From assembly GCA_964019425.1 (NCBI GenBank), contig OZ025802.1:868001-932000 (forward strand): DNA of 64,000 nucleotides. The letters are read 5' to 3'. The position numbers were made by a program, and so were the translations under genes. This DNA comes from Flectonema sp. DT1601. Taxonomy: Eukaryota. Positions 57,101-64,000 of the stretch are shown in pieces; within the stretch, counting starts at the first letter, position 1, and the number at the start of each line of letters is the position of its first letter. The notes beneath the pieces are model-generated. The model made no database searches and was not told the origin of the DNA. It saw only the letters and a program-made list of their open reading frames with translations.

Positions 57101-60100
57101 CAGTGCTGGGACTAAGAATACTGGCACTGGACAGTGTCTTCAATCTGATTGCTCAACTGCTTGTATTGTGTCCACTTGTGCCAACAAGAACGGATGTGTT
57201 TGGAATGGTGGCCTCTGTCAGGAGGAGCAATGTGACTACGCCAACCGCACTGCTTGTGAGAACGACGCAATCTGCAAGTGGAACACCACCAAATCACCTG
57301 AGGAGTGTGAGAAGAAGCAGTGCACTCACTTTGCTGCTGGACCTTGCAATGGTGACAAGAACTGTACTTGGGATGATGCTACTCAGAAGTGTTATCCAAA
57401 CAATCCAGAGTGTGATAAAATCAAAAATGATGCTTTGTGTTTGGCTGAACCATCTGGCAAGTGTACCTGGAACTGTATCACTGACGGGTGTGAAGTTAAA
57501 AAGTGTGTCTACACATCGAGTGTTGACTGTACAAGAATTGCCAGCTGCCAGTGGGACAACGCGGGACAAGTTTGCCAGGAAAAGCATTGCGTCTGGACTA
57601 AGGAGAATGAGTGCAACGCTGATGCAGTCTGTAACTGGGAGAACAACAACTGTGTTGTGAACGACTGCTACCAACACGGAACTGAATTGTTGTGTGTTCA
57701 GGATGACAAGTGCGAATGGGATACCGCAAACTGTGGAATCTGTAATGAGAAATACTGCCAGAAGTACAACAACAAGGCAGCCTGTGACAGTGACATCAAA
57801 AATGAGTGTCGCTTTGACGATGCTACGCAAAGCTGTGTCGACAAGAACTGCGTGGACTACAACAACGGTGCGTTGTACTCAGCGGGAGCTTCTTGTCCGT
57901 GCAAGAGTGATGCCACTTGTCAATTTGACACGACGACCACGCCTCCGCTGTGCAAGGCGACGGAATTCGAGAACTGTCCGAACCTTGACATAGCCATCAC
58001 CTTTGATGGATCGTGTTCAACAAACAATGCTTTTGGTCAACATCCGTCAGGATTTGAGGGAATGTTGGCAGCTGTGCACGATTGGATTGTCACCGCACCA
58101 CTTACCGGAGAAGCTGCTGGAAAGACCTCGACCGACACCAACGGTAGAATGAGACTTGCCATCAACCAGTACTCTTCCCAAGTTCACGTTGCTGACTGTC
58201 CTAACTGCGCGTGTGACAACCTCGACTTTCCGATCAACGGAGTGAACACGACCAAGTGTGGTAAGCTTTCTGGTGACTTGGGTGAACTAAAGCAGGACTT
58301 GGGCTGGCACGCATCTGCTGCGGGCAAGGCCACCCAGACTTGTGAGTCTCGCCTGAAGCCAGTCGAAGAGTTCGCGACTGAAGTATTTAAGCAGTCACCA
58401 TCAACCAGAATGAAGATATTGATTGTCGTTACTGACGGTGTCATGACTGACAAGGATGAACTTGCTACAACCACTGCTGCTCTCGTTGCCCAGGGAGTTA
58501 AGATCTTTGCTGTCAACGTCATGAAGGGGGCGTCCGCGACCAACACCGACGATGTTGCGTTGGCGTCTCTCGAATCGAAGATCGTCACGACGCCGGCGGC
58601 GCAGAATGCGCAGGGTTCGGACTTGGACTCCCTTTCGGAGTTGTTTGACACCTTCTGTGATCCAAGTGGTAAGTGGGGAGCTACTGTTACTGCGGGTACA
58701 ACGGGAACGACTCAGGTGAAGAAGTGCAGCGATCTCACGACGGTCCTCCTCTGTGACGCTAAGCTGACATGTGATTGGGATGGAACTTCTCTGCTTTGCG
58801 GAGACCACGCATGTTTCACTCACTGTAATGAGACAACTTGTCTTTCGGATCCTCAGAACACTTGCAATTGGAATGCCACTTCCCAGTCCTGTGAAAAGAT
58901 TCCGTGTGACGAGGTGACAAAACAAGATGAGTGTGAGAAGCACACGGAGTGTACTTGGGACGTAACAAAGTCACCTCAATGTACTGAAGATCCATGTCCA
59001 GCTAGAACTGAGAATGCTTGCATTCAGTTGAATGGATGCCAATGGGCAACTGACCCAGCCCCTGCGAAGTGTGAACCTATCCCATGTAACTTTGGAAACG
59101 ACTCTGTGGCGTGTAACGCGGAGCCAGGGTGTGAATTCGACGACGTCTGTCCTGATGCGGTAGACCAGCTTTGCAGATTGAAGCCGTGCGCTCAGGACAA
59201 GCACTTGACTCTGACCGGATGTCAGGCTGATCGCCTTTGTGTTTGGAACTCAAGCAACCAATGCGAACAGGCAGCTTGTGTTCAATACCCAGATGAGAAG
59301 TGTTGTGATCATTATTCTAACTGTCATTGGGATGTTAGTCAGTCTCCAGCAGTTTGCTCAGAGAAGTATTGTCCAAGGACTCACGACAACCAGGTTGAGT
59401 GTGACAAGGATACGAAATGCATGTGGAACTCAACTGACGGTACCTGCATTGAGAAGAACTGTGTCGAACTGGAAGAGTGTCGGTGCAGAGCTGACGCTGA
59501 GTGCTTTTGGGATCATCAGCACCACACTCCTCACTGTTCAGACTCAAAGTTCGGAGAGTGTCCTGTTTTGGATGTCGTCTTTTTGATTGACGCCTCAGGT
59601 TCAATGGGATGGAGATTCGGAAGACATCCAAATGGTTTCTTCGCCTTGATGGAGATCTTTCGTGACTGGATGATGACCGTTAGTCTTACTGGTGAGAAGG
59701 GAGGTGAAAACAAACTTGGAACAGTCGACGGTATCAGAATTGGTTTTATCCAATTTTCTGGTTCCAACCCGCGTAGGGGGCGAGGAGGAGCCGCATGGGC
59801 GAAGAAAACCCCAGCGAACACGGGAACTGGCGGTCGTCTCTCTGGTGACCGTAACGAGTTGCATGCTGACATTGATTGGCATGAGAATAAGTTTTACAGA
59901 TGGGGGACGATGATCGAAAAGGGGTTGACCATGGCCGGTGATGTGTTCGATGCTGCTCACGCCACCAATGGAAGAAAGAGAATATTGATCATCATATCTG
60001 ATGGTAGAATTTTTGATCCGTCAAAGCTCGCTAACGCACGTAAGGTTCTTAATCAGGAGAATGTTCAAACTTTTGGTGTCGTAATCAGAAGACAGGCTGG

Positions 60101-63100
60101 ACACACGAAGGCTGATCGTGACGCTGAGAGTACTCTGAAGCCAATCACTTCGGATGTTCACGATGAGCACTACATGAACATTCAGATGGATGAGGTCAGA
60201 ACAGACATGCTTGACTTGCTCTGTGATCCAAATGGTCCTTGGGGACACTTAATCGTTGATCAAACAAAGACTCAGGCTGGTGTTCACAGGCCGTGCACTA
60301 ATTACCAGGGTAACGCTCAGACTTGTGCTGCAGACCCTGGATGTATCTTCTCCCCTACCACAAACTTGTGTGTTGACTCTCCATGTTCCCATCACTGTGG
60401 TGAAGTACAGTGTACCGCTGATAACGTTAACTTGTGTGTGTGGAACTCTACAACTGGTGACTGTTGGAAGGACACGGAGTGTGCACACACAACGAAGAAC
60501 ACTTGTGAAGGAGACAGGGTTGGATGTAACTGGGACGACACTCGCGATCCTAAATGTGAGAAGACTCCTTGCACTTATGACTCTGAGACTAATTGTTTAT
60601 TAGATCAAACGTGTGAATGGACTACTGACCCAGTTACTGCTGCTGTAGGATGTACACCTATCAAGTGTTTACACAATGACAGCTCTACTTGTGGTAATGA
60701 TCCTGAGTGTGAGTGGAGGACTAACATCTGTACTGGTACTGTAGACTGTGAGGAGAAGAAGTGTACTTTCACATCTCAAACAGTGTGCCTGAAAGACCCT
60801 GCCTGTGAGTGGGAGAACAGCAAGTGTCAGACTCAACCATGCGCTCATTATTTAGAGGAATCTTGTTGTGACAAGGTTGATGAGTGCAAATGGGATGTGA
60901 CGACTACTCCAGCAGTGTGTGATGAAGCCAAATGCCCAAAGTACCCTGACCCAACTCAGTGTAACGCTGACACTGAGTGCTTCTGGACTGCTAACGCGAC
61001 AGGTGTTGAGAAGTGTCTGCCACTTGACTGTTCGAAACTTACAGACAGGTGTGGGTGCGACTCACACCCAAAGTGTTACTTCAAACCAACTCCAACTGGA
61101 GGTATGTGTACCGTTGTAGAGTTCGGAGAATGTCCAACTCTTGACATTGCTATTATTATTGATGGTTCGGGTTCCATGGGATGGAGATTTGGTAAACACC
61201 CACACGGATTCTATGCCCTCATTGAAGTCTTGCGTGACTGGGTTGTCACTCTGCCGCTGAACGGAGAGTCTGGATCAGTTGGAATAAACAGCAAGAAAAA
61301 CAATGGAGGTGTTCGTGTTGGTTTTATTCAATTTTCAGGAAAGTACAGAAGGTCTGAGGCTAAAACCTCAACTCCAAGTGTTGGTACTGGAGGTAGACTG
61401 TCAGGTATCAACAAGGAGCTTCAAGATGATCTTGACTGGCATCACAACAACTTTTATAACAAGGGAACCTACATCAAGAAGGGTCTGGAACTTGCTGTTG
61501 ACATGTTCCACGACAGTAGAATGGATGACGACAGACAGCGTGTTTTGATTATCTTCGGTGACGGTCAGATTTTCGATAGGACGAAGCTTGCTGCTGCTCG
61601 GTCCGACCTCGACAAGGAGGACGTTCAAGTATTTGGTATCGTTTTGAGAAGACAATCCCAGCACACGAGGTCCGATTTAAATGCTGAGAGGACGTTGAAG
61701 CCAATTACTTCCGACCCTCACGATGAGCACTTTGAAAACGTTCTGATCGATGAAGTAAGCTCCTTGATCAAGGATATCTGTAACCCTAATGGACCGTGGG
61801 GACATTTAATTGTCAACCACATCCCAACACCTACCACTGGTCATCACTTACCATGTCCTGACTACAAGGTCCAGGCCAATTGTGTGGGAGATCCGGGTTG
61901 TGTTTGGTCCGATGCTGGTATTGCGTGTGTCAATTCACCTTGTTTATTGCATTGTGACTCGACAAACTGTACCCTCGCTGCTGCTTCTCACAACTGCTCG
62001 TGGAATGCAACTGCTGGGGAGTGTTTCAAGGAACCGGTGCCAGATTGCCACTGCAAGTTCGACACCAACGACGATACCTACAACAAGCAAAAGTGTGATG
62101 CCAACGCGGAGTGCTTCTGGAACGCCCCACTTTCGAAGTGTGAGGTTGACGAGTGCAGTGCGAACAATGCCGGAGCAGTCTGTGCTGCAGCTGGACAGAC
62201 GTGCACTGATCCTAACAAGGAGCCGTGCAGCTTACATGATTGGACTTGCGAGTGCACACCTCCTGCTACTGGATCCAAAGTGGCTGATGTCGCTGAATGT
62301 GTTCTCGATGAGTGTATCGTAATGGGATGTCCAACATGTGCTAATGGTACCTGCCCAACTGGACAGACTTGTAAGGATCCAAATCCATCAGCTTCTTCAA
62401 CAAATGATTGGATGTGTGAATGTGATGATCCAGCAACTGGAAGTGCTATCATCGGAGTTGCTGATTGCAAGATCGATGAGTGCACCTACGACTGCGCATC
62501 ATGTGAAAAGAACACATGTGCAACTAAAGGTCAGAGTTGCCTGGACCCCGACCAGTCGTCAACGTCGTTGAATGACTGGATGTGTGTTTGCGCGCCACCT
62601 GCTACAGCTAACAAGACGGTGGGCCTCGCTGACTGTAGGTTCAACGAGTGCGACCTCGTCACTGTTTGTGATGCCAATGGACAGAAGTGTGTTGATCCAG
62701 ATCTCGAGAAGAAAGACGACTGGAAGTGTGTTTGCAAGGACCCTGCCGTGGGAGCGTCGATCGGCAAGCCAGCGATCTGCGTTTTGAATGAGTGCAACAC
62801 AACTTGTGCCACTTGTGCCAACGACACATGCACATCCCAGAACCAGGTTTGTGATGATCCAAACAAGTCTGAGACAAGCACCGGTGACTGGACTTGTACT
62901 TGTGTCCCCCCGGCAACAGGCCAGGCTACCGGAAATAACGCTGATTGTCTGATTGATGAGTGTACCTACACGTGTCCAACATGTGCGAACACCACCTGCA
63001 GTGACGACAGTCAAGCCTGTCTTGATGCCGACAAGACTTCGACTTCGCTCGGGGACTGGGAGTGCATCTGTCCTCCACCGTCTAACGCAACTCAGCTAAC

Positions 63101-64000
63101 GGGGATTGCTAACTGCAGTATTGACGAATGCGACCTGCACCGTGATATTTGCACGAACCAGGGACAGCTTTGCCATGATCCCAACGGACTGAAGCAGGGT
63201 GACTGGATGTGCATATGCGTTCCTCCATCTAACGGCACCAACGTCGGTGATGTCGCTGCGTGTAAGATCGACGAGTGCGTCGCCACCTGCCCAACGTGCG
63301 CAAACGACACTTGCTCTGCCCAGAGTCAGGAGTGCAATGATCCGGATCCTAGCGCTGACGTTACCGGAGACTGGACATGCAAGTGTGTACCTCCAGCGGT
63401 TGGAAACGCCACCGCCAATGCTGCCCACTGTGTGATCGATGAGTGTACTTTCACTTGTGACACTTGTGCGAACACAACCTGTTCTGATGCTACTCAGGAA
63501 TGTTTCGATAAGGACACCACTTCGACGTCGAAGAATGATTGGGAGTGCGTCTGCCCTCCGCCATCGAACGCAACTGAGGTGACTGCTGTTGCGAACTGCA
63601 GCTTTGACGAGTGTGACCTTCACGGAGACACCTGCACTCGCCACGGACAGGTTTGCAATGACACTGGCCTGCTGACTCTGGATGACTGGGAATGTATTTG
63701 TGTTCCACCAGCAACGGGAAGCAACGTCGGAGACGTCGCAGCATGTCAAATCGATGAGTGTATCGCTGATTGCCCAACATGCGCTGGGACAAACTGCTCT
63801 GATGCACATCAGGTTTGCGTTGACGACAACATGAACGCCACCTCAACTGGAGACTGGCACTGCGACTGTGTTCCTCCACTCAACGGTACGGCGGTTGTCG
63901 ACGCTGCTTCCTGTACCATTGATGAATGTGTTTCAGTTTGTCCAACATGTGCTAATGATACTTGCAGTGGTGTTGGTCAAACTTGTTTTGATCCTGATAA
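51120..64000 (+). CDS. Giant VWA/C-type lectin/EGF-repeat surface protein, copy B, N-terminal >4290 aa (runs off the window)
   Basis: ATG at 51120 after an A-rich context gives MRSFGFVLAALLPVCLAG (signal-peptide-like). Then a lectin module and VWA domains at ~52518, 54186, 56142, 57975, 59559 and 61132. From 58264 on it is ~99% identical to copy A, in the same frame. It is absent from the ORF track, consistent with no stop codon before the window end. Confidence 0.93.
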   Translation, partial: MRSFGFVLAALLPVCLAGTYEQNVPKNVFNVDCQTIVFTTGECDCNTVIPGASIDVEEGYVNGRDTLSCPACAGLGIQTQWISGTGVLKLTGNGKTINDFAKAIDSINFLTTSGDGNSRRITYNYGHALYSSVTGHFYEFYSQCSTSACHWDDGQASCADKKRDILGLVGYLATITSAGERDITNTKIRGQGWLGASDAGREGTWKWVTGPEGCPPYDTSVTGAQRSACDFGYPLPNKRNPCSGPDCDGGTLMGTGATWRFRQSGYGNWAGSQPDEWSRPVHGEDYLHYFGRNGLWNDYPLTHGSIDGFMCEWGGVGELCIDSGDVFKSYILVSGCDGFKSQDKCEAHIPVGSCAWDINTGSCIPHGCHVHEDEAQCGQDPLCDWDLTVSPAACVDNKCASSHTDVSSCNGDLVSPCRWDDNQPDGAQCQPLNCGDITDMCTCTKLGNLCLWDPSSKTCLDPDQSTCPAADVIFVVPGTKHAGTQFGTHTNGYYGLMEHLRHWTSSAHMAGASDSNYGFRAAYVTYGRNGKSVTASDSTGAPATFDNCKTWDPVTGTTGNNGGFSMNPHALNMDISFLENFYCPNWAGSGSYAVPGLQTALSSVQAASANGRKKYVFIVAESKLSDSSTDLANVVNQIKAVPDTEVFGIVPRALQGSTSTDVQAEAKLKPLVTSDKHIVNVELANLGDEVLSKLCDASTTFGSVISTKSDVGCRQRDETDCKGAHLCLWDISKSPSCVNSPCLQKCTEVECNSQAGCQWDAALGVCEKDIVDCSLHNGDKAACENNENCVFEPVWAAADTCATNPCRDLTDSTSCVAETETVSAPCVDPPGNPDYCKLSVCEYDDSKSPKCNVKKCLQKDQTKCEAEDGCLWEPLQTPPPTGPPSTLVSYCAEKKCDYPSQAACVADPKGQCQWDDGSQTCKELPCVHNPDELTCDNDPVCHWDISTNPPGCIETPCGKNKNQGDCDASSDCMWNNDNPAKPYCETLNCGEIKTACECQESPHCTWRQAAQHSHCVDPLYSTCPDLDIGFIIDGSGSMSLRFGNHPHGFFALMNMLQDWVKTLPLTGEDHTVGAQSTVRGGGFRVSFIQFSKADASPADDHPTNCAIGACTDGKLSGMRSELLGDIQWHETNYQSQWTYIHDALLDVAENTIDPLHSPAHREHIVIILADNGLTDYDGDSCSSGVCGACPQGCDSLFKPSYRTILDQGTAKLVADNVTVFGVAIRRFASSNFQDQNAENKLKPLVSSPRDDHFLSLQMDEIPDKLLKSLCDPNSKFGAIVAPAVNVDHFPCASWGYRDECMSDETCEWVTPKLTTCDATTGCPQLNCQELPIHYRGIYECNKCRLARTVITCGANVASSIVGTCRQTACMACCNSTCCDAKPECSWNTTDSTCTRDVCEHPNKDDCENDANNLCKWDPVTKDCSKKECEATFEQHKCAANPECLWDAGVDPPVCLPIPKCDTYTAEAQCVTDVQCTWNCTDSDCRYTLCPFANEVDCLSSTDCEWSGTICVEKPCRYNTSSECAAGCDPNCKWDNKTSTEHCRQDHCKKHAGNPACDKDPRCHWSGTTCDEDYCADYDNDEVECKDDPRCTWSKDASLGCVLTNCSKDHGIPSTASCAPDVNCKPGTDATGDYCEPTQCHDLDSCECPQKAGCYWDPNGGATNSGECKEDAGSLCPDLDVVFLLDGSGSMSARFGSHPHGYQGMIEVLKDWVNTIPLTHEPAHTTSTVTGGTFRLAFIQFAKTSEYWACKNDGSGCNRNTWGCRNPDVSQLPGAKCADGTFSGDLTELQNDLTWHERNYMGSVTYMSKALEDAVQVFDDSPANRKHVVVIITDGSLNPRSRQSREIPPLRAQLDAKDVITFGVVVRKGQSHTKADLDAEATLKPITSDPHDDHFVNVPLDDMLDHVFKDFCDPASPFGKAVSTGGTRAAVLPCSKWGLESECHADASCEWTSALPATCVKPSGCKNLNCLELSGTQAQAYTCEQCVLVGSVVTCSAGTKNTGTGQCLQSDCSTACIVSTCANKNGCVWNGGLCQEEQCDYANRTACENDAICKWNTTKSPEECEKKQCTHFAAGPCNGDKNCTWDDATQKCYPNNPECDKIKNDALCLAEPSGKCTWNCITDGCEVKKCVYTSSVDCTRIASCQWDNAGQVCQEKHCVWTKENECNADAVCNWENNNCVVNDCYQHGTELLCVQDDKCEWDTANCGICNEKYCQKYNNKAACDSDIKNECRFDDATQSCVDKNCVDYNNGALYSAGASCPCKSDATCQFDTTTTPPLCKATEFENCPNLDIAITFDGSCSTNNAFGQHPSGFEGMLAAVHDWIVTAPLTGEAAGKTSTDTNGRMRLAINQYSSQVHVADCPNCACDNLDFPINGVNTTKCGKLSGDLGELKQDLGWHASAAGKATQTCESRLKPVEEFATEVFKQSPSTRMKILIVVTDGVMTDKDELATTTAALVAQGVKIFAVNVMKGASATNTDDVALASLESKIVTTPAAQNAQGSDLDSLSELFDTFCDPSGKWGATVTAGTTGTTQVKKCSDLTTVLLCDAKLTCDWDGTSLLCGDHACFTHCNETTCLSDPQNTCNWNATSQSCEKIPCDEVTKQDECEKHTECTWDVTKSPQCTEDPCPARTENACIQLNGCQWATDPAPAKCEPIPCNFGNDSVACNAEPGCEFDDVCPDAVDQLCRLKPCAQDKHLTLTGCQADRLCVWNSSNQCEQAACVQYPDEKCCDHYSNCHWDVSQSPAVCSEKYCPRTHDNQVECDKDTKCMWNSTDGTCIEKNCVELEECRCRADAECFWDHQHHTPHCSDSKFGECPVLDVVFLIDASGSMGWRFGRHPNGFFALMEIFRDWMMTVSLTGEKGGENKLGTVDGIRIGFIQFSGSNPRRGRGGAAWAKKTPANTGTGGRLSGDRNELHADIDWHENKFYRWGTMIEKGLTMAGDVFDAAHATNGRKRILIIISDGRIFDPSKLANARKVLNQENVQTFGVVIRRQAGHTKADRDAESTLKPITSDVHDEHYMNIQMDEVRTDMLDLLCDPNGPWGHLIVDQTKTQAGVHRPCTNYQGNAQTCAADPGCIFSPTTNLCVDSPCSHHCGEVQCTADNVNLCVWNSTTGDCWKDTECAHTTKNTCEGDRVGCNWDDTRDPKCEKTPCTYDSETNCLLDQTCEWTTDPVTAAVGCTPIKCLHNDSSTCGNDPECEWRTNICTGTVDCEEKKCTFTSQTVCLKDPACEWENSKCQTQPCAHYLEESCCDKVDECKWDVTTTPAVCDEAKCPKYPDPTQCNADTECFWTANATGVEKCLPLDCSKLTDRCGCDSHPKCYFKPTPTGGMCTVVEFGECPTLDIAIIIDGSGSMGWRFGKHPHGFYALIEVLRDWVVTLPLNGESGSVGINSKKNNGGVRVGFIQFSGKYRRSEAKTSTPSVGTGGRLSGINKELQDDLDWHHNNFYNKGTYIKKGLELAVDMFHDSRMDDDRQRVLIIFGDGQIFDRTKLAAARSDLDKEDVQVFGIVLRRQSQHTRSDLNAERTLKPITSDPHDEHFENVLIDEVSSLIKDICNPNGPWGHLIVNHIPTPTTGHHLPCPDYKVQANCVGDPGCVWSDAGIACVNSPCLLHCDSTNCTLAAASHNCSWNATAGECFKEPVPDCHCKFDTNDDTYNKQKCDANAECFWNAPLSKCEVDECSANNAGAVCAAAGQTCTDPNKEPCSLHDWTCECTPPATGSKVADVAECVLDECIVMGCPTCANGTCPTGQTCKDPNPSASSTNDWMCECDDPATGSAIIGVADCKIDECTYDCASCEKNTCATKGQSCLDPDQSSTSLNDWMCVCAPPATANKTVGLADCRFNECDLVTVCDANGQKCVDPDLEKKDDWKCVCKDPAVGASIGKPAICVLNECNTTCATCANDTCTSQNQVCDDPNKSETSTGDWTCTCVPPATGQATGNNADCLIDECTYTCPTCANTTCSDDSQACLDADKTSTSLGDWECICPPPSNATQLTGIANCSIDECDLHRDICTNQGQLCHDPNGLKQGDWMCICVPPSNGTNVGDVAACKIDECVATCPTCANDTCSAQSQECNDPDPSADVTGDWTCKCVPPAVGNATANAAHCVIDECTFTCDTCANTTCSDATQECFDKDTTSTSKNDWECVCPPPSNATEVTAVANCSFDECDLHGDTCTRHGQVCNDTGLLTLDDWECICVPPATGSNVGDVAACQIDECIADCPTCAGTNCSDAHQVCVDDNMNATSTGDWHCDCVPPLNGTAVVDAASCTIDECVSVCPTCANDTCSGVGQTCFDPD
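51170..52130 (+). other. N-terminal beta-rich plus C-type lectin-like module of copy B, with QPD and WND motifs
   Basis: TGHFYEFY..CHWDD..C..GYLATITSAGE..GWLGASD..GTWKWVTGPE..YGNWAGSQPDE..EDYLH..GLWNDYP..GFMCEW. Confidence 0.85.

Noticed and set aside
6380..64000. Diversity-generating retroelement (RT plus variable lectin/VWA target)
   Set aside because: The RT is a non-LTR type with an RLE, not a DGR RT. Paralogue differences are not restricted to adenines, there is no TR/VR pair, and an assembly gap separates the RT from the gene.
51120..64000. Copy B as an uncollapsed allele of copy A
   Set aside because: Not fully excluded, but A and B are joined by gap-free unique sequence (47552-51119) and differ in a clustered, non-random way, so tandem paralogy is preferred. 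Read depth would decide.

Overview
Eukaryotic DNA, probably from a protist, in two scaffolded parts separated by a 200-N gap (14660-14859). Left part (1-14659): two near-identical, same-orientation copies (offset 8617 bp) of a single-ORF non-LTR retrotransposon of the restriction-like-endonuclease (RLE) type, with Hero-like motifs. The ORF has no AUG before its zinc fingers and carries an unexpected ~560-aa coiled-coil extension after the endonuclease. The copies sit in an AT-rich satellite of ~105-140 bp whose units are built from three short inverted repeats, and two more repeat families lie 3' of the element. Right part (14860-64000): two tandem paralogues (offset 43404 bp) of a giant cysteine-rich type-I membrane protein gene. 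Copy A (14860-47551) has a >31 kb exon plus three small 3' exons that encode EGF repeats, a TM helix and a tail with YxxPhi. Copy B starts at ATG 51120 with a signal peptide and is inferred to stay open to the window end; it is missing from the ORF track. Combined, the copies imply a ~13,000-aa receptor or adhesin with ~19 VWA domains, 3 bacterial-like C-type lectin modules, ~28 EGF-like repeats and many short C..C..CxW..C repeats. Where the paralogues overlap they are ~99% identical, but amino-acid replacements cluster on the MIDAS-face loops of the VWA domains, which suggests a diversifying giant-receptor family.
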